From positions 7,564,001 through 7,628,000 of the forward strand of contig OX597828.1 of NCBI GenBank assembly GCA_951406725.2: a stretch of 64,000 nt of DNA. The letters are read 5' to 3'. Below are positions 40,773 to 53,074 of this stretch, piece after piece. The notes below the pieces were generated by a model. The model had not been told where the DNA came from. It searched no databases and was given only the letters and a program-made list of their open reading frames with translations. The position numbers and the translations under genes were made by a program. The first letter of the stretch is position 1. Every line of letters starts with the position of its first letter. The stretch is from Octopus vulgaris (Eukaryota).

Positions 40773-41727
40773 CACTCCTACAGAAACACGCACATGCGCG
40801 CGCACACACAGGCACATATACACACACACATACCGAAAGAAAAACATACATAGTCAAAATAATACATTGATGCAGACTCTTGCATATTTGAGTCTCCCCA
40901 CCTCTGTCTCTCCCTCTCCCTCACTCCCCTCCTCTCACTTTGTGTGTGTTTGCTGAGTATCATATATATATATAAGACAGCTGTGACTAACGTTGAAATC
41001 TTATCCATATAAACCAATCGAACCAAGGTTCAAATCTAAAAAAATGCTCTCACAAAAATTATCAGAATGAATATTATTTATATGCAGTAGATCCCACATT
41101 CAGCTACCAATGTGTTTTTTTAATGTAAGTTGATACGATATAGGCATAGAAAGGAGAAGAAGAAAGACAAGCACGCATTGCAATCAGCCAGGAAGAATGG
41201 TGGAGTAGGGGATGAAGAGTTATCTAGCGTGAAGGCGATATACATCATCTAGTCCCTTTGGGGTCAAAAGTTCGTGCTAGGTAAAGAATGCAATTTGTAT
41301 ATAAAGAAAGGAAGGGTTTGCAAAAAAAAAAAAAAGAGAGTTTATATATATATATATCCATACATACATCAATACATGTACATATCAACGTATGTTAAAA
41401 AAGAAACGTATATAAATGTACACACATACACACATTCTCTTTTTTGTTTCAGACTGCGGCCATGATGGAGCACTGCCTTTAGTCGAGGAAATCGACCCCG
41501 GGACTTATTCTGTGTATGCATAGAACTTATTATATCGGTCTGTTTTGCCGAACTACTACGTTCGGCAAAAACGTAGTAATTCAGCATTGATTTGAAAATC
41601 CCACTAGAATGGGAGAAAGCGCTAATGATCTAAGTGATATGAAATATATATATATATAAAATGTAATATACAAATAAATATCTGTAAATATAAACCATCC
41701 GATCTTCTGAGTACCTCATTTCTTCTA

Positions 41728-41784
<57 letters not shown>

Positions 41785-41844
41785 CATGTTTATATGCAGT
41801 TTGTGTTGCAATATTCCGGATGTGAAATCGTGTATTGAAACCGA

Positions 41845-42255
41845 TCTTGTATTTCGGAATGGTCATTTCTTTTTCTTTTCGTCAAAGAAACACACGTACT
41901 ATATATTTTTTTCTTCGCTCATATATTACTGTTCTTATTTTATTGTTTTAACTCATGTCGAATGTCCGGAAATATTTCGTCGCATATCTGTTATCTCTTC
42001 AGCGAAACTTTTAGTTTCCGTGTGTATTCTTGTTCCACTTACTCCGGAGCAAGAAGACACACGGAAACGAAAAGTGACGCTGAAGAGATCACAGATGTGT
42101 GACGAAGTGGAGCAACAACGTACCCGGAAACGAAAATTGTCGCTGAAGAAGTCACAGACGTGTGACGAAATATTGCCGGACAATGGACATAAGTTATTGT
42201 GCTTATTTGACCAAAAAAAGAAAAAAAGAAAAATTAACCATACCGAAATACCACA

Positions 42256-42257
<2 letters not shown>
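41845..42257. mobile_element. Palindromic element with three hammerhead cores
   Basis: Inverted ends GTATTTCGGAATGGT / ACCATACCGAAATAC, centre ~42040. Cores at ~41965-42005(-), 42077-42106(+, truncated) and 42136-42184(+: CTGAAGA A GTCACA GACG TGTGAC GAAA). 63-bp tandem duplication 42046-42108 / 42109-42171. Confidence 0.78.
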
Positions 42258-42323
<66 letters not shown>

Positions 42324-42417
42324 ATATAGATACTTTCATATAAGAGACCAAAGTGTACGCACGCCGCTATATATATGTATCTACCCCTTTTGATGTTTGG
42401 GAATTCTCTGATGTTTT

Positions 42418-42503
42418 TTCGGCTGACGAGTACGAGCCATCTATATTTACTGTATTTTTTGTAGCTTATTAAAGATGTCCTCGTACGAAACAATTGTACC
42501 GAG
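42418..42503 (+). ncRNA. Type I hammerhead ribozyme, fully canonical
   Basis: TTCGG CTGACGA GTACGAG...CTCGTAC GAAA CAATTG TA CCGAG. Stem I 4 bp plus G-U, perfect 7-bp stem II, palindrome ACAATTGT, GUA triplet; predicted cut after 42498. Host element ~42340-42642. Confidence 0.9.
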
Positions 42504-42640
42504 ATTTTAATCCATTCTTGTTGCTTTTTTCCTATTTGTAATCACCCCACTTGTCGTATGGTTAACACCATATAGATTTCCGGTGCATCCTAGTTAAGGA
42601 CCATATTCATGTGAATTCATTAGAATTCACTTGAATCTAC

Positions 42641-42719
<79 letters not shown>

Positions 42720-42865
42720 GGGACGGCGTGGATTTCCACCCCGGCATCTGAAACTCGGAGTTTTATCATGGCTACCAAATAATTGTCACATATTACATTT
42801 ACAGATAAGTAAATTTACGTAATATCGAGGTTTCTTTCATTATTTTGTTGTCTTACCATTTTTAT

Positions 42866-42920
<55 letters not shown>

Positions 42921-42923
<3 letters not shown>

Positions 42924-43085
42924 CGAAATGGGACAAGAACGCAAAACATCCAGATAGACGATACAAAGAAAACAAGGACGGGTCATTCGGAGTTTTCTTT
43001 CCTCAGTCGAGTTCCAGATCATCTTTGCAATTTCGGCTGTTATACTCAAGATTGCTCCAATCTGGCCAGCCCCAAGGAAAAACGA
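42921..43085 (+). mobile_element. TA-abutting short repeat; longer inverted copy at ~49505-49835
   Basis: GAAATGGGACAAGAACGCAAAACATCCAGA...CCAATCTGGCCAGCCC.AAGGAAAAA matches the reverse complement of ~49630-49835. Class unknown. Confidence 0.7.
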
Positions 43086-43377
43086 TATGTGTGCGTGCCT
43101 GCTTGTGTATAAATATATACACTCGCGCGCGCGCAACACGTATCCTGTTGCCTGATAATTGTAATAATCAAATGAATAGATGTCTTTTGCTGTTGCTGTT
43201 CTCGTATCAAGAAATGTTTAGGTGCGATTGTGGGGTACGGGGTGTGGTTTTGATTTGGGAGTGCTGATAGTGATGATAGTGATGGTGGGCCTGGTCGGCT
43301 TGTTGGGCGGTCGGGTGGTTGAGCGGAGAGAAAACGAGGTGGAATATCTTGAAAAATTACAAGAGCAAATATTTTAA

Positions 43378-43790
43378 CGACCAACGGCAACGATGGTGAT
43401 GATGATGATGATGATGATGTTGATGATGATGAAGACGGCGATGATAATGATGATGAAGGTGATAATGGTGTTGGGGAGATGGTGATGGTGATGGTGTAGG
43501 TGCTTGCTGCGGTGTGGAGGCTCGGTTTGTGATGATGACAATGTGGAAGAGGAAGAGGAGAACGATGGTAGTGTGATGATGATTGTGGTGATGAAATTGA
43601 TGACGATGATGGTAGTGATGGTGGTGGTGGTGGTGGCCGTGACGGTAATGGTGATGTGGGATTGGGGATTATGATGATGGTGATGATGAGGATAGTAATG
43701 TTGATGATGGTGGTGATGATGATGATGACAATGATGCTGTATGTTGAGGATGATAATAACAATGGTTTTGATGGATCTGATGGCGATCAA
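43378..43790. repeat. Degenerate (GAT/GGT)n tract
   Basis: Direct reading; source of low-complexity ORFs 43046..43762 and 43374..43790. Confidence 0.93.
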
Positions 43791-43864
43791 GAATCAGAAT
43801 GCTGTTTGTTGGCGATACAAAGGATGCTAAAAAATATGTAAGATATTGTGTTTCTATTTTACAG

Positions 43865-43980
43865 GTTTGCGATACCCCCAGCTCGCCAAGCTACCCAGAT
43901 ACCCACCCGACTATCCTACCCTGTTACTCCGTTACACACGAGAGGAAGAGCCACAAATAAATCTGAAGAAAAATAGATAA
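43865..43980 (+). other. Candidate terminal exon of an unidentified gene
   Basis: Acceptor TTTCTATTTTACAG|G, then non-repetitive GC-balanced sequence open in all three frames to stops at 43958-43980. AATAAA at 43956, 43995 and 44006. No protein recognised. Confidence 0.3.
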
Positions 43981-44077
43981 AAAAAAAACAAGTGAATAAA
44001 AAGTAAATAAACATTACAAAATATGAAACATTCAGCTGTTGTTTAATGATGCTGTGAATGGATGTATTTCAATGTGT

Positions 44078-44121
<44 letters not shown>

Positions 44122-44174
44122 TCTATGTGTGTGTATATATATATATACATATATACAAACACATATTTATATAT

Positions 44175-44216
<42 letters not shown>

Positions 44217-44855
44217 TTGTATATGTGTGCTTAGTTTCACCCCACCCTCCCTTGTCTTAAATTTGTTCTATTCTTTGTTTTTCTTTATTTTTAGTTATTT
44301 ATTTTTGGGAGTTTCGTTTTGGTATCAGAACCCTCATAACTGAAGTAGTGTAGGTCGTGAATCTAATGTGTATATTGTCTTATGCATAAGCATACATACA
44401 ATTCCCTTACACACGGGCATGCGCACACACACGCTTCCCGACTACATGATTCCTAGTTCAATCCCACTGCGTGGCCCCTCCGGCAAATATTTTCTACCAT
44501 AACCTCGGGCCGACCAAAACCCTTCAAAGTGGATTTGGAGAACGGAAACTGAAAGAAGCCCGTCGTGTATATGTATGTATATGGACATGTATGTGTGTGT
44601 TTGTGTGCATTTGGTGTCTGTGTTTGTCCTTCACCACCGCTTGACAACCGGTGTTGGTGTCTTTACGTCCCCGTAAGAAGCACATCAGCAAAAAAGACCT
44701 ATAGAATAAGTATTTAGGTTTAAAAACTGCTGGGATCAATTCAGTCAAGAAGAAATTCTTGAAGGTGGGACTTCAGCATGGCCGCAGTCTAATGACTGAA
44801 ACAGGAAGGGGATAAAAAAATCCAGGTTTATATATATATATATATATATACATAT

Positions 44856-44887
<32 letters not shown>

Positions 44888-45086
44888 CTATATATATATT
44901 ATGTGAAATAGAAAGATGAATAATCTTGTAGTAGATTAATCAAAAGTTTAACCGATACCTTAGTAGCAAAAATCACAGCAGTAAAACAGCACGGTTGGAG
45001 GTTTCGCCATGGGCTCTTAGGAGCATAGTTCGATTTGTTTTTGCTCCGCCTCTGTTCTGTTTTTGTTTTTCCAACGGATTTCCTAT

Positions 45087-45175
45087 TTTCTTCCTGAAGA
45101 GAAAGACACAATATGGTCCCATTATTCCATCGGATTTTGGTAATTTGTGCCTTTCGAAACACGTGTAGAATGAAA
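45087..45175 (+). ncRNA. Type I hammerhead ribozyme, fully canonical
   Basis: TTTCTTC CTGAAGA GAAAGACACAA...TTGTGCCTTTC GAAA CACGTG TA GAATGAAA. Stem II 10/11 bp, palindrome ACACGTGT, GUA; predicted cut after 45167. Host element ~44898-45230 lies between TA tracts. Confidence 0.9.
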
Positions 45176-45224
45176 TAAAACGATTTCTGTTCAATCTGCG
45201 TTCAGCTCCATTTCTTCAATTCAC

Positions 45225-45276
<52 letters not shown>

Positions 45277-45284
45277 CATACACA

Positions 45285-45335
<51 letters not shown>

Positions 45336-45622
45336 GTATGTATGTATATATGCGCATATACATCCATATATCTAATATAATAAATGTGACAATTAATTTC
45401 TGTGTGTCAGTGTGTCACACTTCGACCACCTCTCTCACTTTTCAATGACACTTCCTCGTGCTGGGATGAGAGTAACAGTAGACACAGAGACGTTGAGGGC
45501 GGTGGCGAAGGCAGAAAGTGTGAGAGAAAGAAAGAAAAAGAGAGTCAAAGAAATTTAGGGAGAGCTGATGATGTTTTATTGAAAGAAGTAGTGTTGATGG
45601 TGGCAATGACAGTAATAATGAC

Positions 45623-45692
<70 letters not shown>

Positions 45693-45985
45693 ATGTGAGA
45701 GAAAGAGGGAGATGTACAACTTTCCTGGCCAGAAATTCCTGTGGCCATCATACTGAACCAACTACTTAACGCTATCTTTAAAAAAAATTCTTTTTTGCTT
45801 TCTTTAATACATGCATACATACATACATCTTATTTTGATTACAATTTAATGACTTCAAGTATTTAATTATTTAAGTATTATTTTATTTTTCACTCATGTA
45901 TATTTAGGATTTATATATATATATACTCACACACATATTAAAGTATATTTATTAATTAATTATTTTATTGTGCTATTTTATTTTT

Positions 45986-46072
45986 AACCTGATGAGCGAT
46001 TATATTTATATAAAAGTGATTTCTCTACTACTATAATCATTTCTTGAATATAGCCGCGAAACACGTGTCGTT
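45986..46072 (+). ncRNA. Type I hammerhead ribozyme, canonical core
   Basis: AAC CTGATGA GCGATTATATT...AATATAGCCGC GAAA CACGTG TC GTT. GUC triplet, predicted cut after 46069. Downstream 46100-46220 is homologous to 51133-51252. Confidence 0.85.
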
Positions 46073-46352
46073 TTTCTACCTATTATATACGATTTAATTA
46101 TTATTTTTGCAATTTACTTATTCTTTGCATTTTATTGTTATTTTAATTTTAACTTTTCTATTATATGTAATTTTCTAGATGGTGTAATTTAATTGTGCAT
46201 TTTGAATTGATAAAAGGTGTTCTTTTTCTAATTTTATATATATATATATTATATTGTGTGAAATTTGATTTAGTATTTCTAAATTGAATTTCATTCCTTG
46301 TAAGTTTGAATTTTATTCCCTCAAATAATAATAATAATATTATTATTATTGT

Positions 46353-46431
<79 letters not shown>

Positions 46432-46606
46432 CATATATATAAAGCTTACTTGGAAATGGAAGCGTGGCGTTCGATCATATAATAATATAAATAATATATA
46501 AGTACATGCATATATACATACATACATACATACGTACACACACACACACACATATATATATAGAGAGAGTGAGAGATACATACATATCTATATTTATATA
46601 TATATT

Positions 46607-46651
<45 letters not shown>

Positions 46652-47756
46652 GTATATTTATACATATACGTATATAAATATATACGTGTATGTGTATATG
46701 GATATGCACACATTTGAGTGTGTGTGTGTGCATGTGTGAGCGTGCTTGCGTATGTGTGTGTGCATAAGTACTGTTTTAAATGAGGAAAGGAGTTGTCAAA
46801 TTGACATTAAACGGACAATATTTCGTTTCATATCTCATTCGATGTTATACAATTCATGAAATGTTATGTAGTACTTGTCATAATATTTGAAAACTTGTAA
46901 TAATTCGATAGCCTATTCGTTTCCTCAAATGCCATGATTTGAAGGCACCATCGACCAAATGAATGCTTTGGGATGTCTTCATTAGGGCGTTTAGACCGAA
47001 CATTTACCTATCTTTTGATAAAAGATATAGAGGTAATTTGAAATAAATTTAAAATAAAAGCCAGTTGGAATTTATCATATAGATGAAATTATTGACCGTA
47101 GATTTGACCATCAGCCATTTAATGACTTTTGTGGCGGCGATAACAGTAAGATAAGATTAGCAAAAAAAAATAATAAATAAATCTACGTCTTTAATTTACC
47201 CTCCTGTTTCTCCTGCTATCCCATGAAAACCATTCGCACACACTAACATGAAAGCATGCCCCTACTCACACACACAAATTGCAATTCTAAGATGACCGTG
47301 CATATAATATATATATTCTTTTATTATTTTACTGGTTTCAGTCATTTGACTGCGGCCATGCTGGAACACCGCCTTAAAGGGTTTTAGCCGAAGAAATCGA
47401 TCTCAGGACTTATTCATGGTAAGCCTAGCACAAATACAGACAGACAGACACACACACACACACACACACACACAAATATATGCATACACACACATATATA
47501 TATGTATATATATATATTTATGTGTGTGTATCTGTGTGTGTATCTGTGTGTGTGTGTATGTGTGTATGTCTGTGTTTCAGTTTTTGTTAACCATATCCAT
47601 TCATTCATAAGGATTTGGTAGGCCTGAGGTTAAAGTAGAAGACACTTGCCCAAGGTGTCACGCAGTGGGACTGAACCAGGAACTAAGTGGCTGAGAAGCA
47701 AGCTTCTTACCATACACCCACGCCTGCACCCCCCTCTCTCACTCACTCTCTCTCTT

Positions 47757-47836
<80 letters not shown>

Positions 47837-47988
47837 CAGAAAACGGAGAAAACCTCAGATGAGCAAAAAAATACTCTACGTGCATAGTGCGCCTGCATAG
47901 CCATACCCAGATATAACACGGATAACTGATACCGATAGTATATACGGGTATATTTTATCCCTTAGTCGGTTATTATAATCGCTAACTC

Positions 47989-48034
<46 letters not shown>

Positions 48035-48699
48035 GTATGTATATATATATATATGTATTATATGGACAAAAATACACGGATACAGATACAAGCAAACGCA
48101 AAAATGCTTACACTTACGCACACATACATGTGCATATAGACACACGCTTTCATCGACATACATGAATACACATGCTAACATGAATTCACTTCCGCATACT
48201 CGCACTTACACACACACACACACACACACACAAACAAATACACATGCATGCATATGTGCCGTTCTCATCAAAGGAAGAAACTTTTTGTTTACGATGATCG
48301 CAGAATATGTCAAAACACGTTAAGAAAATCGAATCTGTTTTCGCAAAATGACATGACAAAACGTCGCCGTTAGCGAGGCTGTTGCTTGCAAACAGCGAAT
48401 TGACGTGAAAACGTGAGAAATACGAAACCAGTTAGACAAGAACACACACATACACAGACCGACATACACACGCGCATATACGTACATGCATGTATTCATA
48501 AGACAGGCTCCAATCAGGTTCTCTCTATCATATCCACTTAAAAAACTTTGATTCGCCCGGGGCTATAATAGAAGTCACCCGCCCTCTGTGCTGCTCAATG
48601 GGACTGAGCCTGATAATATGAGCGAATTTCTTAGCACACATACATACACACACACGTACAAACACATACACAAGCACAAACACATACATATACACATAT

Positions 48700-48891
48700 T
48701 ACGAAAATGTTAATCCCGTCACATATTTTTCCTTCGCTTTTTTTCTCTCTTTCTCCATTTGTTTTTCTCTCATTCCTTTCTGTCGCAAAGCGTAGGCTCG
48801 AAACGTCAAAGACCTTTCCATTCTTCCCAAACGTCAAACTAATTCACCCGCTTGTTTGTTCCCTCACCTGTCTTTATCATTTGTTTTCTGT
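48700..48891 (+). mobile_element. Short element with decayed minimal hammerhead (48776-48811)
   Basis: CTTT CTGTCGC A AAGC GTAG GCTC GAAA CG TC AAAG. Two core substitutions; 3' end abuts TA; related to the 4597 and 24976 elements. Confidence 0.65.
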
Positions 48892-48909
48892 ATATATATA
48901 TATATTAGA

Positions 48910-49179
48910 TGTTGATACACATCGCTGGTCACAATGCGTTCGCATTGTTTCAGCCTTCGAATGACGCCACCCCGCTGGCTAAGTGAGCAGGCCAACAGAA
49001 GAAAGAGAGAGAGAAAGAGTGGTGAAAGAGTTCAGCAGGGATCACCACCCCCTGCCGGAGTCTCGTGGAGCTTTTAGGTGTTTTAGCTCAATAAACACTC
49101 ACAACACCCGGTCTGGGAATCGAAACCGCGTTCCTACGACCGCGAATCCGCTGCCTTAACCTGGCCATTGTGCCTCCAC
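48910..49179 (-). mobile_element. SINE family C, tail type 3
   Basis: Head and body align to 27404-27590; the 3' ~90 nt are unrelated. Confidence 0.85.
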
Positions 49180-49224
49180 TTATATATATATATATATACA
49201 CACATACACACATACATACATACA

Positions 49225-49260
<36 letters not shown>

Positions 49261-49282
49261 GATTTTGTTGAATTTTCTGCTG

Positions 49283-49341
<59 letters not shown>

Positions 49342-50588
49342 TGTTTTTTGAGAATGAGATAAAAATCCAAGGCTGGGAAGATTTTAGAACATTAGAAGGT
49401 CTTACATTTATAAATAAAAGGTCTTTCCTGTGTATGTGAAAGTTTTGTATCTCTGCCGTAAGACTTCATTTCCATACGCGCCACCTTAATTCAATTAGTC
49501 CTTAGTCGAAAGACTCCTGTTATTATTTTTATTGTATTTATATTTGTGTAACATTGTCCGTTTTTTCCGTCCTTGTTTTTGTATACAATCGCTGCTTTCT
49601 TCCAAGGAATCTAATGCTCTTAGCTTAGTTTTTTTCCTTAGGGCTGGCCAGATTGGAGCAATCTCAAAAATAATTAGCCGAAATTGCGAGGATAATCTGG
49701 TGCTTGACTGAGGATCGAAGGCTTCGAATGATCCGTCCTTGTTTTCTTTGTATCGTCTATCTGGATGTTCTGCTGTCCCTTGTTGTATCACCTAACTGTC
49801 TGGATGTTTTGCGTTCTTGTCCCATTTTATATTTCATATATATATATATATATATAGCGGCGTACGTACACTCTGCTCCCCCCTCTCTCTCTCTGTATAT
49901 ATATATGTATATATATATATATTTACATACATACATGCATGCATGCATACATACACATACATATTCACAAACATGCTGGTCTATGAGCCGCAAGACTCAA
50001 ACTCACTGCTATCCTCAACCTTATTAAAATCTCTTAAGGAAACCAATAATGCAAGCTTAATAAAAGTACTTAACAATAATTCTTCCTCAAAACCATCATT
50101 ATGTGTTAAGCACATCGAAATTTCTTTAGCGGATATCCTTCTGAAAAAATATCAGCCCATAAATTTTGATGGGTCCAAGGTAATTAGTGATTTGTAGTTA
50201 TAGAATTAAGATCAGAGAAAGTTCAAAGTAATAATTTTACAGTAAAATTGTTCCACAGTAAACACATTTCCTTAACATTCTATTCAAGTCTATAGAAAAT
50301 TCAAACAATCTGACAAACAGGTTTCCCCACTTTCTTCCTCACACAAGATATCAACCGACTATAAGTGTACAAATATTTATTGTCTTGCCTAGTTGCTTTC
50401 GTATCACATGTTCAGCAACTAACTATTGACCAGAAAGTCAGAATTTTTTTAGTGTTCTCTGATCAGAACTGCTTGAATTATTTGATATCTATATGCGATA
50501 GTCTCAAAGTTCACTGTACCAATCGTTTGGCATGCGGCTCCGTGAAACACTGAGTTGTAACTAATGCACACTTAGAAACTAATATGTT

Positions 50589-50646
<58 letters not shown>

Positions 50647-50663
50647 AATATATATATACATAT

Positions 50664-50940
50664 ATGGATGTAGGACATCACAAAAACGTAAGCAACATGA
50701 CATACAAAGACAAACTTGGGTATGCAAACACTAAGAGAAACAAATGGAAAAATAGTGGAGTTATATAAAGAACAACCATTCATCAGCCGTCGACTGTCCA
50801 TCTACTCCTCATTTCGAGCACTGACGTTAAATGCTCGAAATGAGAAGTAGATGAAGGGTCGTTCTTTGTGTTACTTGTCTCTTTTCTCTCCTTGTCTTCG
50901 TATTTCATGATTTTTACGTTTTGTGACGTCCTGTATCCAT
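50664..50940. mobile_element. TA-embedded foldback element
   Basis: TIR ATGGATGTAGGACATCACAAAAACGTAA vs TTACGTTTTGTGACGTCCTGTATCCAT; central 22-bp stem 50799-50820 / 50832-50853 with one mismatch. Confidence 0.8.
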
Positions 50941-51014
50941 ATATGCATATATACATACTTACATATATATATGTAAGTATATATATGTATGCATATATGC
51001 ATATGTATACATAC

Positions 51015-51065
<51 letters not shown>

Positions 51066-51392
51066 TATTATTATTCAAGGGAATAAAATCAAAACATATA
51101 TAATTCTACAAATTATATACCTTTTTTTTACCTTTTTTTTGCAATTTACTTAATCCTTCACATTTTATTGTTATTTTAATTTTAATATTTCTATTATATA
51201 TAATTTTCTTGATGGCGTAATTTAATTGTTCATTTTGAATTGATAAAAGGTGGGTTTAAAAAAAAAATTATATGGTGGTGCTATTAAGTTAGACATGGCC
51301 GAAACATATCTAAGTTTGGTCGAAACATATCTAAGTTTTACATATATACACACATAATTATATGACTGAACGCCACTCATCCATTTCAAGTA

Positions 51393-51442
<50 letters not shown>

Positions 51443-52910
51443 TGCATGTATTTAAATATATACTCATGCGTGCGCGTTGTGTATTCGGAGAAAGTATGGC
51501 ATTGCCGATGACCTTTGTGATCTTCTGGTGAAGTTAAGTTCAGTTTGACCTTCTGTTTATTACTGGAGTTAATTGCTAAGATTGGCGGGCACTTTTAGGG
51601 TAGTGCTTGGAATGGTGAAATTCAGTCGGAATGACAAGTAGAGTAAAAGCCATTGATCTCCAGCTGGGCTACTTACGAGTAAGTTGGGGTTACTTTTGAC
51701 GAGTGGAAGGGATAAAGAAGGAAAGGAAATATATCAGCAAGTACATCAGTAGGTTAGTGGATCAGTTTTTATTCCCTTCTTGGTCTCTAACAGGAAATGC
51801 GACCAAGCTGGGGCACTGGACTCGAGTGTTTTAGTCAATTATAGTGCAATGATGCCAGTATTTTATCGATTTTATCGATCATTATCGAACACTTGAGTTC
51901 CCATTTCGTTAAGTCAGTTTAGATTTATCATATTTTAGTGGCGTAAAGTGTATTTGTAAATGTGTATAAAACACACGCTTAGAAACGCACATACATAAAT
52001 AAATACATACACACACAGTAACACAGTGTGTGGGTGTGTATGTGTGTGTGTGTGAGAGAGAGAGAGTGTTTGTGTGTGCGTGTGTGCGTGCGAGTATATT
52101 TTATTTTTTACTCATTTCAGTCATTAGACTGCGGCCATACTGGGGCACCGCCTTGAAGAATTTTCAGTTGAATGAATCGACTGCAGTATTTAATTTTTTT
52201 TTTGTTGCTAAGCCTCGTACTTATTCTGTCGGTGCTTTTGCCGAACCGCTAAGTTGCGGCCGCATAAACACACCAACACCAGGCATAGGAGTGGCTGCGT
52301 GATAAGTAGCTTGCTTACCAACCACATGGTTCCGGGTTCAGCCCACTGCGTGGAACCTTGGGCAAGTGTCTTCTTGACAACCGATGCTGGTGTGTTTACG
52401 TCCACCGCTACTTAGCGGTTCGGCAAATGAGACCGATAGAATAAGTACTAGGCTTACAAAGAATAAGTCCTAGGGGCGATTTGCCCGCCTAAAGGTGGGG
52501 CTCCAGTATGGCCGCAGTCAAATGACTGAAACAAGTAAAAGAGTAAGAGAGTTTATTTTATCGTTTTGTCGGGAAAGAAGGCAGTGCTCAAGAGCCGTTT
52601 CAAGGCCTGCTGAGGGAGTAAAGGATGCTGAAACAAGTCTTGTTTTAAATGCAACAAAGTAGATTCCACAAAATTACCTGATGTCCAGACGATGGTATTG
52701 AACCGGGTGAGAAATTATGTCTAGCATCGTATACATATGTTGCGATTCAAGGGTAGATTTTGTGATCATAATGTGAAATTCAGATTTTTGACCTCCCTAA
52801 ACTTTCACACATACATACATACATACATACATACACACATATATATATATATATATATACATACATACACACACACATACACATGCATGCATACATACAT
52901 ACATACATAT

Positions 52911-52995
<85 letters not shown>

Positions 52996-53074
52996 CATAC
53001 ATACATACATACATACATACATACATACATACATACATACATACATACATACATACATACATAAAACGAAAACA

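Noticed and set aside
41744-42343. 199-aa ORF with repeated TRKRK (NLS-like) segments
   Set aside because: The repeat is the 63-bp hammerhead tandem unit and both ORF ends lie in (TG)n.
43046-43762. 238-aa Ser/Pro/His-rich ORF
   Set aside because: Antisense reading of a (GAT/GGT)n tract.
49676-49740. Hammerhead-like motifs GAAA...CTGAGGA...GAAT
   Set aside because: The downstream box is GAAT and the stems are not conserved in the 42921 copy under either topology.
51300-51338. Tandem CGAAACATATCTAAGTTT as an array
   Set aside because: Only two copies, a simple local duplication.
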